DNA of 64,000 nucleotides from an uncultured Chthonomonadaceae bacterium (GCA_963835065.1 CAWIEK010000043.1:10693-74692), one strand, 5' to 3'; shown: positions 18,717 to 30,261, counted from the first letter of the stretch. Notes: generated from the letters alone by a model not told the origin. A program made the numbers and translations.

Positions 18717-20049
18717 TTATTCTGTATTGAGCAGCGTTTGAACGGCGTTGCGGATTTGGGCTTCGCAGCCGGGGGCGAAGTTGAGTGTACCGTAGTATTT
18801 ATAGGCTTCTTCGATTTCGTAGCCGCCGCGTTTGTGTTCCGCGTCCGTCGCCAGATAGCCGTAGCAGCCGTTCGTGTAGCCCAGGCAGAACAACGGCGCG
18901 GAAGATTGGGCGGTAAAATCCAGTTGGTACTGCGCGAACATTTCGGCGGGGAAACCGAGGAATGTTGCGCCGCCGAGTGTGAGTTTTTGAATCGTGAACG
19001 GCTGGAGAAAATCGAAGTCCGGCAGGCAATGGATTAATTGCGCCGCCTGCGCCCATTCCATGCGTCCCTGCGCCTGCATCCCGCGAAGGTCTTCAGGGTC
19101 AAGGGGAAAGGTCTGCTGCATCACTGTGGAGTTATGGTCAAGAACTTGCTGACATTCCTCCCACGCGGGCGGCGGGGAAAGCGGCAGTTGCACGGTCACT
19201 TCCGCAAAGTCCAGCGTGTCGTCCATGCGTCCGTGCGCGTTCCAGCGGGCGGTGTGCGCGGCGTCCGCGATGATAGTGTCCGTTGTGCTGCACATCGGCC
19301 CAGGTTCCGCGCCGCAGGGGGTTGATGTCGCCGCAGCAGCCTTGCAGAAAAAACGGCAGGGCGTCGGCGGCAATACCGGTGTCGGCGGACTCGGCGCGAA
19401 ACCGTTCCTTCAAGCGCGAAACCGCCGCGCCGGGCCAATCCGCCGTCAGCAGCCGATTGTCCCTCCCCATCGTCGTCGGGTGACACGCATGGCTGAACAG
19501 CAACGCGAAAGTGCGCCCATCCGCCCCGTTCACGCACAAGACCTGCACAAGCGGCGTAACCGCCCCGCCGTAGTTGTGCCCGATCACAACGCTGCCATCC
19601 GGTTTGGTTTCGCGCCGGTTGACGCCGATTTGCGTGGAAGATTCGCCATACGTCAGATGCGCGGGCTGCAAGTTCGATGCCGCCTGCCGCGCCGCGCCCG
19701 CCAGTTTGCGCAGCAGCAAAGAATTATACGCCTCATCCGGTTCCCCCATGCCGCGATACGGATACACATACGGCCCGCCATGCGTGTGCGTACAGTGCAG
19801 CATGACGGCTTCGGGAACTGTGCCGATTTCTGCAGCAATGGTTGCCCGCGCTTCCGCCAGCCATTCGGGGATAGCGGCAAGGTCGGCGGCAATCAGCGCA
19901 AGGCGCGTTCGTCCATTGTCCAGCACCAGGACGCGGGCGTACAGTTCGTCGTGGACGCCAATTGCCCGCCCCCGTCCCGCATAGCCGCCCATCCACACAT
20001 CCGGCGGCGGCGTAATGTTCGTTTCGCACACTCCCGCATACAACGGCAT
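18717..20049 (-). CDS. Neutral/alkaline ceramidase-like hydrolase (apparent frameshift near 19290)
   Basis: ITPP..WMGGY, HDELYAR, CTHTHGGP, ACHPT, FLQGCCGDINP, GGYE. Confidence 0.85.
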
Positions 20050-20069
20050 AGACAGCTCCAATCGAAATG

Positions 20070-20264
20070 AACCACCCGCTTCGCTAGAGACACAGAGACA
20101 CAGAGGAAAAGCCAATACGAGAAAGGACAAAGAAAGAGAGGAAAGGGAACCGCAAAGAGGCAAAGACAGCAAAGTGGTTTATTCTCTTCTTTTTTCCTCT
20201 TCTTCTTTTCTTCCCCTCTGTGTTCCCTCTCTGTGCCTCTGTGTCTCTAGCGAAGCGGGTGGTT
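20070..20264. repeat. Palindromic element AACCACCCGCTTCGCTAGAGACACAGAG family with nested AACCGCAAAGAGGCAAAG arm
   Basis: ~35-nt terminal inverted repeats; supplies the stop codon of the deacetylase gene. Confidence 0.9.
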
Positions 20265-21071
20265 AGTAATCTCTTCGCCTTTAATCGGCAGCAGTTCCGG
20301 GATGGTGACGCAGTGGTAGCCGCGCCTTGTTAAACCTTCCAGAACGAGGGGCAGGGCGGCAACGGTGAGTTCGCGGGGCGCGCTGCCGCCGTCGTGCAGC
20401 AGGAGGATACCGCCCGGACGGAGCAGGCGCAGGGCGCGGGTCGCCATCTGTTGCGGCGTGGGCGCGTCCTGGTGTTCCAGCGCGACGCTCCATAAAATGA
20501 TATGATCGTGGCGCTGCTGCGCGGCATTATAAATAGTCGGGTTCCACAGGCCGCGCGGCGGGCGAAACAAATGGGTACGCAGGCCAAGCGCGGCTTGCAG
20601 AGTGTGGTCGCAGGCCGTAATTTCCGCTTGCACCTGGGATGCGGACAGAAGGTTGAGGTAGGGGTGCGTGTCCGTGTGGTTGCCGATGGCGTGTCCCTGC
20701 GCCAGAATCGCGCGGGCGAGTTCGGGATGGGCGCGGACGTATCGCCCTTCCACAAAAAACGTCGCTTTGGCGTGATAGCGCTGTAGAATGGCGAGTATCT
20801 GCGGGGTATAGCGGGGGTCGGGGCCGTCGTCAATGGTCAGGGCAATGCACGGCGAACCGTCGGAAGACTGCGTTTGCGTCCCCTGCCACACGACCACGCC
20901 GGAATGACAATCGCGCCACCATTCCGAAAGCGTAAACCCGTCCACGCGCCCGAAGCAGGCGAACAGAGCCAGAACGAGCAGGACAACGCCTGCACGTTTG
21001 ACGATTTTCCAAAACCGGGATATTGTCGGCTGCCTGTATCCGCGTTTACGCATACAGGGATTATATCGCAT
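20247..21071 (-). CDS. Polysaccharide deacetylase (NodB/CE4)
   Basis: ALTIDDGP, GNHTDTH, FRPPRG, LLLHD. Confidence 0.95.
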   Translation of the reverse strand: MRYNPCMRKRGYRQPTISRFWKIVKRAGVVLLVLALFACFGRVDGFTLSEWWRDCHSGVVVWQGTQTQSSDGSPCIALTIDDGPDPRYTPQILAILQRYHAKATFFVEGRYVRAHPELARAILAQGHAIGNHTDTHPYLNLLSASQVQAEITACDHTLQAALGLRTHLFRPPRGLWNPTIYNAAQQRHDHIILWSVALEHQDAPTPQQMATRALRLLRPGGILLLHDGGSAPRELTVAALPLVLEGLTRRGYHCVTIPELLPIKGEEITNHPLR

Positions 21072-21098
21072 TTAGGGTGAAGATACAATCAACAACTG

Positions 21099-23102
21099 TC
21101 ACTTCGTCTTGCGCTTGCGGCGGTTCTTGAAGCCACCTGTCAGGGCGGCAAACTTGGACGCCAGCATTGCCGCCTGAATCCGCTGTTTCAGAATGGGAAT
21201 GTTGCGGTTATCTGGGGCGACTTGTTCCATTAAGTTGAGCCATGTCTGTGCGCCGTCGGGTTCTTCCCTTGCGATCAGCAGTTCTATTTGCGCGCTCGCC
21301 AAAGCCGATGCCTCGCTGACGTGCAGGCGTTTTTGCTTGGTCAACGGTTCCAGCAGAGCGGACGCTTCTTCTATTTTGCCTTCCCATATCAAAATATGCG
21401 CCATGTTCACGCAACCGAAGAAATAATCAGGGTGACCCGCATGGACATAGCGAATCATCTCCTTGAAGTCTTCATCGCGCTCTTGTACCTGATAAGTTGC
21501 TGCCAGATTGTTCAGGATCGTCGGGTCGTCCGGCTCTTCTTCTAATGCCTGCGTGAAAATCGCTTCCGCTTCCTGCAAATTGCCCACGCTCAGGTTTTCC
21601 ATGCCTTTTTCAATCTTATCCTGAATATGGGGTGCATGGCGAACCATCGGCTCGGAATAGATTTCATAGTTCATGGAAATGGTTTCCTGCCATTCCCCTT
21701 TGAGCCACATCCGAACCGTCGCGCCTACTTCCACCAGGCCCGCTTCCGAAGCCGCTTGCAGCGCCTGCAAGCGCAGTTCGTCCGGCCCATGCGAACTCAA
21801 GGCAAAATCGCGCAGGGCGGTCAGCAGTTCGGGGCTGTCAGCATTGCGCGCCAGAAGCAGCGCCAGAGTACGCGCCTCCGGTTCGCCTTTTTCCAGCAGA
21901 ATGGGCACAATGGAAATGAGTTCCGGGTGTTGGCTCACCAGAGCGCGCGCTACCTTGGGCAGCGCTTCCCCGCCATGATGTATGGCGGCAGGCAATTGGA
22001 GTTTCAAAGTACGCAGCACCGTTGACAGCATCCAGTTGCTTGCAGAATACGGCCAGGGCGCGTGTCGCTGTTCAACGGGAAGGCTTAAATCGGCAAGATT
22101 TTTGCGCGCCAGGTCGAATGTCGGCTGTAAGGCAAGCGCCTGCTTCCAGTGAGCGCGCGCTTCTTCCGGCTTGCCCTGCCGCAGCGCGGCAACGCCTGCC
22201 AGATGGTGCAGCAGCGGATGCTCGAAAGAACTGTCATCTTCCGGTTTGGCTTCGGCGCGCTTCCAGGCGGCAAGCACCCCGGCGTCATCTCCTACATACG
22301 TCAGCGACTCCGCGATTTTTAATTGCTTTTGATAGGCATAGGCCTGGCTGGCTTTAAGCGAGGCGGCAAACTCCCGCGCTTCATCGGGAAAGCCCGTCAG
22401 CACCGCGTAATGCGTCAGATTGCCGAGCGCGTGAACATTGTCCGGCTCGAAGTCCAGCACACTCCGTGCCGTAATGATCGCGTTGTCAATATCGCCTTCG
22501 GCGTAATAGGACTGGCTGACGTTGTTCAGCGTGGGCGCGTAATTCGGACGCCGATCCAGCAATTGTTTGGCGGCCTGCCGCATTTCCCGGTACTGGCCGC
22601 TTTCCAGTAGGCTTTGCGTTCGTTCATGCAGGGCGGCGAGTTCCAAGCCATCGGGTCCGGTCAGGCGCGAACCCTCCAGATACTCCGGCAGAATCTTCTC
22701 CAGGTTGGCGATCATCTTTTTGGCGTCTTCTGTAAGCGCATGGTGCGGCCAGCGGGTCGGAAAGTCGCGCACAGCCAGCATCGCCAGCGCAATGCGCGTG
22801 TTGTTCAGGTGCGCGCTCGCCAGCGCCAGCGTCAGGTCGGGCATATTGGGCGTGAGTTTGAGCAATCCTTCCGCCGCCCGCGCATACAGGGGCATATTTT
22901 TGGTTTCATAGGCGGCGTTTACCAGATCGGTCAGCACTTCCGCGCGGTTCGGATAGCGCCGGTTGAGGTCTTCCAGCAGACTGATCGCTTCCGGCGCGCG
23001 TTTCTGCGTCAACAGCGCGTCCGCATTTCTCAACTCCGTAAGCAGCGCGGACGGTAGGGGAGCCGTCGGCTTTCGCAGTATATTCGCTTTCTTTTTCGGC
23101 AT
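21099..23102 (-). CDS. Tetratricopeptide-repeat protein
   Basis: Multiple TPR-like units (NVHALGNL, PTILNNLA). Confidence 0.85.
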   Translation of the reverse strand: MPKKKANILRKPTAPLPSALLTELRNADALLTQKRAPEAISLLEDLNRRYPNRAEVLTDLVNAAYETKNMPLYARAAEGLLKLTPNMPDLTLALASAHLNNTRIALAMLAVRDFPTRWPHHALTEDAKKMIANLEKILPEYLEGSRLTGPDGLELAALHERTQSLLESGQYREMRQAAKQLLDRRPNYAPTLNNVSQSYYAEGDIDNAIITARSVLDFEPDNVHALGNLTHYAVLTGFPDEAREFAASLKASQAYAYQKQLKIAESLTYVGDDAGVLAAWKRAEAKPEDDSSFEHPLLHHLAGVAALRQGKPEEARAHWKQALALQPTFDLARKNLADLSLPVEQRHAPWPYSASNWMLSTVLRTLKLQLPAAIHHGGEALPKVARALVSQHPELISIVPILLEKGEPEARTLALLLARNADSPELLTALRDFALSSHGPDELRLQALQAASEAGLVEVGATVRMWLKGEWQETISMNYEIYSEPMVRHAPHIQDKIEKGMENLSVGNLQEAEAIFTQALEEEPDDPTILNNLAATYQVQERDEDFKEMIRYVHAGHPDYFFGCVNMAHILIWEGKIEEASALLEPLTKQKRLHVSEASALASAQIELLIAREEPDGAQTWLNLMEQVAPDNRNIPILKQRIQAAMLASKFAALTGGFKNRRKRKTK

Positions 23103-23309
23103 CGTGAACTCTCCCAACAAGGCATAATTTGTTTCCTGCTAAAAGGATGGAGATATTACAAGCAAATCCGACATCGGAGTTGTTCCATGGCAGAGTTAAA
23201 TCGCCACACACAACTCACTGAAAGAGCGAACTCAGATGTCTTCTTTAGTCTACCGCATCTATGCCTTGTTGACGCAAGCGCTAACCGACGTGCCGAAGGG
23301 AACAATCTT

Positions 23310-24563
23310 CTATTGAAAAACGGCGCTTATGCCGGGCTTCAAGTTGCTATTCGCGTCCCAGATTCCCCAGGAAGGGAAATCATTATACTTGGACTTGTAA
23401 AATTCGTCGAACGCTTCAAAGTAGAACATAGGGACGTTCGCGCCGCGTGCCCATGTCTCGACAGCGTTGAAATACGTTGTGGCATTGGCGGCGGAGGGGA
23501 TCGCAGCCGGACTAAAGGAGACCGGCGAACCGGAACTGGGCCAGCCTGTTTCTGTGATGATTACCTGCTTGCCGTTGGCAGCTTGCACAGTCTGCATGTA
23601 ATCTGCCTGGAGCTTGGAAAGCGCCTGATCAATGGCAGCATTTTCGTAAAATGGATAAATATTCACCGCGACCACATCAACGGCAGCAATCACCTGCGGA
23701 TGCGCCACAATCGTGTTCCAGGTATCGGCGTACGTGACTTGCACACCGGCTGGAACCTGTGATTTGACCGACTTGATGTAGGCGATCAGTTGATCCTCGG
23801 ATGCCGTATTGTTGAGCAGCGTCTCATTGCCTACGATAGCAATATCCACATTGCCGGCTTTGGCTGCTGCAATCAGATTGGCGATTTGGGCATTGTTCAC
23901 CGTTGTATCGGAACCGATATAGGCTCCGATAGCGGTTTTGAAACCCTGTTGACGCGCCTTGGCGGGTATGTTTTCCAGGCCGTTTTGGGTGCCAAAAGTG
24001 CGAATCCATTGGGTATAACCCTTCATTGTCTGCAGCAGCGAGTTGATCTGAGCAGAAGAAACCTGTGCGCTGCTTTGAATGTTGGGATCCTGGTTCTGGT
24101 TGACGTAGGGGCTGAAGTTAAGCCCATAGACGGGATTGAGAGTCGGCATGGAGGGGGCAGTCGGCGTGGCTTTGACTTCATTGGACTTGCCGCTTTCTCC
24201 CGCGCTGTTGACGGCAGTAACCTGGTAGTAATAGGCCGTGCTGTTGGTAAGTCCGGGATCTGTGAAAGCAGTCGTGGCGGCGGTGGCCGCAAAACTTTCC
24301 GCGCCGGAGCTTGTGCTTCGGTACACGCGGTATCCCGTCGCGCGATCACTCGCGCTCCAGGACAGCGCTACCTGACCGTTGCCGGCAGATGCGCTCAATC
24401 CCGATGGAGCCGATGGAATTGTGAGCGTGGAGGTATTATGCCCTCCACAGGCGCATAAACAATTCAGCATCGCCAGCATCAATCCAAGGCGCGCGCTCAA
24501 GACAAGGTTCAGCCGCAGGTGGGTACGATGCGCCCCGGGGCTTGCGCAGTAAAATCGGTACAT
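23310..24563 (-). CDS. Lipoprotein with FN3 domain and GH17 beta-1,3-glucanase domain
   Basis: LCAC lipobox, FN3 (VALSW...YYYQVTAVN), IVGNE, ITETGWPS, YFEAFDE. Confidence 0.9.
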   Translation of the reverse strand: MYRFYCASPGAHRTHLRLNLVLSARLGLMLAMLNCLCACGGHNTSTLTIPSAPSGLSASAGNGQVALSWSASDRATGYRVYRSTSSGAESFAATAATTAFTDPGLTNSTAYYYQVTAVNSAGESGKSNEVKATPTAPSMPTLNPVYGLNFSPYVNQNQDPNIQSSAQVSSAQINSLLQTMKGYTQWIRTFGTQNGLENIPAKARQQGFKTAIGAYIGSDTTVNNAQIANLIAAAKAGNVDIAIVGNETLLNNTASEDQLIAYIKSVKSQVPAGVQVTYADTWNTIVAHPQVIAAVDVVAVNIYPFYENAAIDQALSKLQADYMQTVQAANGKQVIITETGWPSSGSPVSFSPAAIPSAANATTYFNAVETWARGANVPMFYFEAFDEFYKSKYNDFPSWGIWDANSNLKPGISAVFQ

Positions 24564-24634
24564 AATCTCTCCTTCTCCGTTGAAGTCATGTTCCTCTCAC
24601 AAACATTACCGGCCAAAGGGTAACTGCCCGCGCG

Positions 24635-25102
24635 CTATTGCGCAAGCGCCGTCTTCACCGCATTGGTCAAGGCTGTGGCAATCTCAATCTCAACCATTTG
24701 CCCCGCATCAGTGGTTCCATCGCCAATTTGACCTGTCTGCGCCCAGGTTGGGTCTTCGGGCTGCGCAAAGTTTGTCAATACTTGCTGCTGTTTCGTCGTT
24801 GAGAGAGTTTTTAGAGCGGCAACGCCACTGGTAAATGTGGAACTCCTGGTAACGTCGCTAACGATCTGCTGGAGCCGGTTCGAACTATCAAACTGAGACT
24901 GATCGGCTGCCGAGAAGCGGGGATTGTATACGTCTCCTCCAGGTTTTACCACGTCGCGTTGTTTTTGCGCGATAAGGCGTCCGAGGTTATTCACGGCGAC
25001 AGGCAACGTTGGGTCGGGGGTATAAGCGACGCTATCGTTTCCACACCCAACGATTAGAATAAGCGCGTACAAGAACGCTGCTTGCCAAATTCTTCTGAGC
25101 AT
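24635..25102 (-). CDS. Hypothetical lipoprotein
   Basis: IVGC lipobox, AAGGAAGG SD. Confidence 0.7.
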   Translation of the reverse strand: MLRRIWQAAFLYALILIVGCGNDSVAYTPDPTLPVAVNNLGRLIAQKQRDVVKPGGDVYNPRFSAADQSQFDSSNRLQQIVSDVTRSSTFTSGVAALKTLSTTKQQQVLTNFAQPEDPTWAQTGQIGDGTTDAGQMVEIEIATALTNAVKTALAQ

Positions 25103-25192
25103 AGTTCCTTCCTTTCTTTTGAGTCTTTCGAGCCGCTCTTGAAAGCGGCACGACGCTTTTCCTCCGAGTGTGTTTGTGAAACGTTCGAGAGA

Positions 25193-26665
25193 TCAATAGC
25201 CTGAGAACGAAAACTGGTATCCGTAGTTGGCATCCTTATCCGCTGCGACAAATGGCATAACGCCTATCAAATTCAATTCGGGAGTGCTGTACACCTGAAT
25301 TTGTTCGCCACCCATGAGTATGATCTTCTTCCCCGGCGTGTAGGGCGGATAGGACTGGATGTAATCGTGTGATGGGAAACCTTTTTTCTCCAATTGATCG
25401 TTGTCGAGGTTGTAGCGGTACAATGCCGGCAGTCCAATGGCCGGGTTGCCGGCTGCCCAGACGATGCCGATGCGTCCATTGTAGTTGGCATTGCTGACAA
25501 AATCCTCTAGTCCGTCCTGCATGATCGGGTCTGCGCCTATGCGGACGTGAGTAATCGCTCCAATTGCGTAAGAATAGGAAAGCACAAGCACGTCACCCTG
25601 ATCAGAAATCGTCGCCTTTTGCAGAACCTCCCGAACTGGAGCTTCATGGGCAAGAAGCACCTCCTCGCCGGTTTGTAAGTCGCGCCGCCGGACATCACAG
25701 GTGCGCCCGGTCTGACCAAGCAGGGTCCATGCGACATAACGCCCGTTCTCGCTGACATCGAACTGCCCATCGTGATAGCCGGAATCCCCACTATAGTCGA
25801 AGACCACCTCGCCAGTATCGGAGCGCAGCAGTACGGACTCACTGGATGTTTTGGCTGCCAGCAACAGCGAACCATCGGCATAGGTTCGGATGGGCGTGAG
25901 GCTGGAACCTAATTCCGTTCCTTGCTGCAGAGTCGTCGCGTCGAATTTCCAAAGCTTCGCGTTACCAGGATTGGAGAAGGCAAAGGAGCGGTGTGGGTCG
26001 CTTCCCAGCACATAGGATATGTTGGTTTGCTTCGGCAGAACGGCAACTGGAGTATACGTGAAGAGGTCCACCAGAACAGCGCCAGCTTGAACAGCGGAAG
26101 CCATCATCAGTGGGCGTCCATTGATGTCCAGATTGGCATCGTAGGTAATGGTTACAGTTTGCCGCCCGACCTCTTGGCCGTTCTGGGTACAGATAACCAC
26201 CACATTATTGGCGCCGGGCATCAGACCGGAAACGAAGCGGGTGTAGCGGTGATACGTTGTGCCTGCCCGTGTCTGCACCCCGCGCGTTGTGGGATGCGCG
26301 TGGGCGCGGCGTGATCCGGCGAGGTCTACATCGTATCCATCCTGGTAGTACCCCATGACTACGGCGTCGGACGTCTTGATGGTATAGACAGCATGATCAA
26401 CCGTAAAGGAGCCGCTGGGAGCAGGGATTGGCATGGCAGGGCCAGAAGGAGACTGAGGCTGTCCGCTGTTACTGGCAGCAGAGCTTCCAGATGTGCTGCC
26501 GGAGGTGGCTGCCGACGTTCCGCTTCCTCCTGAAGCAGGACTGTTATTGGAGGAAGACGTTGAAGGGCCTGAACCGCCGCCGCAACCGATAAGCAACAAC
26601 GCGACAGACGACAGACAGAAGGAGAAAAACCATGTTCGCTTCATCATTGTTGAATGCTCCTTCAT
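25193..26665 (-). CDS. Hypothetical lipoprotein, Ser/Gly linker plus beta-rich domain
   Basis: LIGC lipobox, long ORF. Confidence 0.7.
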   Translation of the reverse strand: MKEHSTMMKRTWFFSFCLSSVALLLIGCGGGSGPSTSSSNNSPASGGSGTSAATSGSTSGSSAASNSGQPQSPSGPAMPIPAPSGSFTVDHAVYTIKTSDAVVMGYYQDGYDVDLAGSRRAHAHPTTRGVQTRAGTTYHRYTRFVSGLMPGANNVVVICTQNGQEVGRQTVTITYDANLDINGRPLMMASAVQAGAVLVDLFTYTPVAVLPKQTNISYVLGSDPHRSFAFSNPGNAKLWKFDATTLQQGTELGSSLTPIRTYADGSLLLAAKTSSESVLLRSDTGEVVFDYSGDSGYHDGQFDVSENGRYVAWTLLGQTGRTCDVRRRDLQTGEEVLLAHEAPVREVLQKATISDQGDVLVLSYSYAIGAITHVRIGADPIMQDGLEDFVSNANYNGRIGIVWAAGNPAIGLPALYRYNLDNDQLEKKGFPSHDYIQSYPPYTPGKKIILMGGEQIQVYSTPELNLIGVMPFVAADKDANYGYQFSFSGY

Positions 26666-26990
26666 CGCAGCAACACATGACTGTTATAGTGACAAAATAG
26701 GGCGCGTGAAAGCGATGGCAACATCAAGGCGAATCGCCGCGCGCTGGTAAGCATTGTCAATGAGCAGGCAGACTATTTTAGTTCCTATTCCAAAATTCGG
26801 GTTAGAATGTGGAAGAGGATGAGAGTATAGGCTTCATTATAATGAAAAATAAATATAATGTCAAGTATTCGTACCCTCTAGGCTTACCTATTTTATGTCC
26901 AATTTTACATTGTCACAAGATAGAGATTGAAGAAGGTGATGACGGAAGCAAATAGAAACGACAATACGTTCAACGCTGAGTACCTCCGCT

Positions 26991-29136
26991 CTACGCCGCA
27001 TCAAACCCCGCGTAGCCGTCGCGCTGTAGGCGGGCTTGCAGGCGGCGGAGGCGGCGGGCGGTTTGTTCCAGTCCATGTTTCTCCGCGTAGCGCAGGAGTT
27101 CGGCAAGCGGGGTTTCCAGTTGTTCTAAGGTTCCGGTCAGGCGTGGCAGCACTTTTTGCAGCAATTGCAGGTCGAGGGCGATTTGCAGGTTGCGCGGCTT
27201 GTTGCCGGGCGCGTCGGGAACAAGCAAGCCTTCTCCGTCGGCGTCGAAACTGTTGGCACAATAGCGCAACACTTCATCGCGGACGCGGTAAGCGAAGTGC
27301 AGGCCATGCGGTTCCAGCAGGGCATTGACATCCGCCAGCGTATTCACGATCTGCGCGGCGAAATCACTTCCGCCGGGGCTGACCTGCCGCAGTTTCGCCC
27401 GCGCCGCGCCCACATCCGCTGCCCGCGCCTGTAAAAACAACGCCTGCCGCACAGAAGGAGTATACCGGGCTGCATTGCCGTTACTTTCGTGTTTGCTCAC
27501 GCTTTCACTTACGGGGTTATCGCCTGCATCTTTGCCGTTGCCTGCGTCTTTGCTATCGCTTCCCTCGTTACTGCCGCTTTGATTGTTGCTGTTGCCCTTG
27601 TTTCCGGCAGCCGTTCCTTGCGTTTCGCATGGGTTCTTCGCGCAGGCGAACGTCCTGAAAGGCAATGGTGTTGGCGCGATCCAGAACCTTGCGCGACAGG
27701 CCGTGCGTGGCCTCGTCCAGATTCAGGGTTCCGGTCACGAACCAGTTGGCGGGCAGGCGGGCGGTTCTTCCATCCGGCAGGAGCAGTTCGCGCCCCGACG
27801 TTTCCATTGCGGACAGAATTTCGGCAAAGTAGTGTTCCACGCGGGCCAGGTTCATCTCGTCGAGGCACAGGAAGAAAGCGCGCTGCGCGTTTTCAGGGCG
27901 GGACGCGCGCAGCAGAAACTCCAGAAACGGCGTAGAAACAAAGCTGCCCCGGCCTTGTGGACCGGGCGCAAGCAGATTGACGTAACCAAGCAGGGGCGTG
28001 GAATCGTTCCAATCGGGGCGCGCGGCAAGCAGGCGATACTGAGTATTGGCTTCCCCGCAAAGCGCGTATGCGAACAGCGAAGTCAGGCGCGTTTTGCCCG
28101 TTCCCGACAATCCCGACAGCAGCACGAACGGCTTGGATTGCAGGCAAAGATAATAGTCGCGTATGGTCAGCGCGGGATACGTAAACCCCTGCGCGGCAAT
28201 TTCCTCTTCCAGCAGGCGCAGCAATTCCCCCTGCGTACACCCGGTAACATCTACAGGTAGCGCAGGCTGGGGCGTTTCCGCCTCGTATTCCGAGTGTGGT
28301 TCGCGCAGAGTTGATAGTTGATAGTTGATAGTTGATAGGGCATCCTCTTCTGTTCCCTCTTCTCCTCTTCTCCCCCTCTCCCCCTCTCCCCCTCTTCCTA
28401 TCGCCCACTGACCACTCCGCCCCCGTCCCGCCTTGAGCGCCATGCCCCTTGTCAGCAGGCGATGCACGGCGAGGTAGTCGGACGCTTGCAGGGTTTGGAG
28501 CGCGGCTTGGTAAACAACAACATCCGACAGCAGGCGCAAAATCGGGTCGGTGTCGGGGATGCCGACATGAACGGGGCGGTTGCTGTAGGATTCGATGCCT
28601 TGAATTTCGAGGGGCAGATCAAAGCGTTCGCGGGCTGTTTCCAGAGCGGCCTGCTGCTGTTCGGGGGAGAGTTCCAGAGCGCGCAAGCCCATGCGGGTGA
28701 CAAGCGGCCACGTGTCGGGCTGATGGGCGCACAAAAACTGCATGGCCGTTTGCCCGCCCGCGTGACGCCGCGATAGGAAACCGCGCAGACGCAGGGGAAC
28801 CGAGGCCTTGCCGAACAGCAGGTCGCGCAGATCGTGGTTGATGTGTTCCGGTTCGCCCGGTCTTCGCAGCAGGCGGGCGTCCAAATTGGGATTGGGCGCA
28901 AGGGCGCGAACCAGGCCGAGCAGAGCGGCGGTTTGCGCATAAGTTAAATTCGCGCCTTCGGCAAAGCCCGCCGTATCCAGCAAATGCGCAAACGCGCGAA
29001 CCGTTTCCGCGTCCTCTTCGCGCAGGCGCAGGCGTTCCAGGCGTTCCTCGTCCTCGCCTTCGTCCCAGGCCGCGCGCAGGGCAAGCAGCCGCTCCGTCTG
29101 CAAACTATTCAACTCAAACCCGGAACTCGCGGACAT
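26991..29136 (-). CDS. McrB-family AAA+ NTPase (apparent frameshift near 27635)
   Basis: KPFVLLSGLSGTGKT, RPDWND, LDEMNLARVEHYFAE, GTLNLDE, KVLDRA; C-terminal FAYRVRDE/QKVLPRL in a second frame. Confidence 0.9.
28308..28398 (-). repeat. In-frame repeat cassette in McrB-like linker
   Basis: Encodes GRGGEGERGRRGEEGTEEDALSTINYQLST. Confidence 0.9.
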
Positions 29137-29361
29137 AATTCGCTATCAACCCTGCGGCACAACATAACACAAAATAGCAGACGCAGGATACCATCAAGCG
29201 GTATCGCGCTGCGCGTACATTCGACGCCTGATACTCTGTTTCCTGCTGCCTGTTTGTCCCTGCGCCTGGCAGCGGCAACTCCTAATTCTAACCAAAAAGG
29301 CGATGCTATCCCCTTTTTCACTCAAAATCGCTAAGAATATACCGGAAAATCAGCCATTCAA

Positions 29362-29390
29362 TTGACAGGAACGCGGAAACCTGCTATAAT
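29362..29390 (+). promoter_or_regulatory. Consensus sigma70 promoter TTGACA-N17-TATAAT
   Basis: Exact consensus 65 nt upstream of the ANTAR regulator. Confidence 0.85.
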
Positions 29391-29454
29391 CTGCGCCACT
29401 AGCAATGCTGCTGTAGATGTTTCAAAAACCGGAAAGCGCTGAAAAGTAAGAACC

Positions 29455-30063
29455 ATGCACCAGGGACGTATACTGATTGCGGACGATGAAGCCGTGCAGC
29501 GTCTGGACCTGCGGGCCATGCTGGAATGTCTGGGACACGTCGTAGTCGGCGAAGCGGGGAACGGCGAAGTCGCTGTCGCCCTGGCCCGCCGCCTGCGCCC
29601 CGACTTGACCATTTTGGACGTGATGATGCCCGAGACCAACGGCCTGCAAGCCGCTGAAATCATCAATCAGGAGCGGCTCGGCCCCGTGATTTTGCTGACG
29701 GCGTACAGCGACGTGCCGCTTATCGAGCAGGCAAGCCGCGCGGGCGTTCTGGCCTACCTGGTCAAGCCCTACCGCCAGCAGGAAATCCAGCCCGCCGTAG
29801 AAATCGCCATTGCCCGCTATCGGGAAATGCGCGCGCTGGAAGGCGCGCGCGAGGATGCGCAGGATCAAATCGAAACCACGCGCCTCGTCGGACGCGCCAA
29901 GCGCGTTCTGATGGAGCGGCACAACATCAGTGATCAGGAAGCGTACCGCCGCCTGAACGCGCAGGCGCTGTCCACCGAACGCCCCCTGCGCGAAATCGCC
30001 GAGTGTATCCTGCTCACGTCCAACATCTGCGAAGACATCCCTCTTTCGCAGCGCAGTCGTTAG
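29455..30063 (+). CDS. Response regulator with ANTAR RNA-binding output domain (NasT/PdtaR-like)
   Basis: Receiver ADDE...LDVMMP...LTAYS...KP; RAKRVLMERHNISDQEAYRRL. Confidence 0.95.
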   Translation: MHQGRILIADDEAVQRLDLRAMLECLGHVVVGEAGNGEVAVALARRLRPDLTILDVMMPETNGLQAAEIINQERLGPVILLTAYSDVPLIEQASRAGVLAYLVKPYRQQEIQPAVEIAIARYREMRALEGAREDAQDQIETTRLVGRAKRVLMERHNISDQEAYRRLNAQALSTERPLREIAECILLTSNICEDIPLSQRSR

Positions 30064-30147
30064 GGTTTTAGGTTTTTAGGGTTGTATGGTTTTAGGTGAG
30101 CGGTCTGTTGTATGCTCCTAATATCTAATGCCTGATGCCTATAATGC
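30062..30147. repeat. Degenerate short tandem repeats (TAGGGTTT, TAATGCC)
   Basis: tagggttttaggtttttagggtt...ctaatgcctgatgcct. Confidence 0.6.
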
Positions 30148-30261
30148 CTTACCACCCGCTTGCAGGCACACCTGGCCTGCAAAGCGCATGGACAAATACA
30201 GCCGGACATCCTTCCGCGCTTGTCCGTTTGCACCGGGCGTATCTACCCCACCGCGCCCGTT

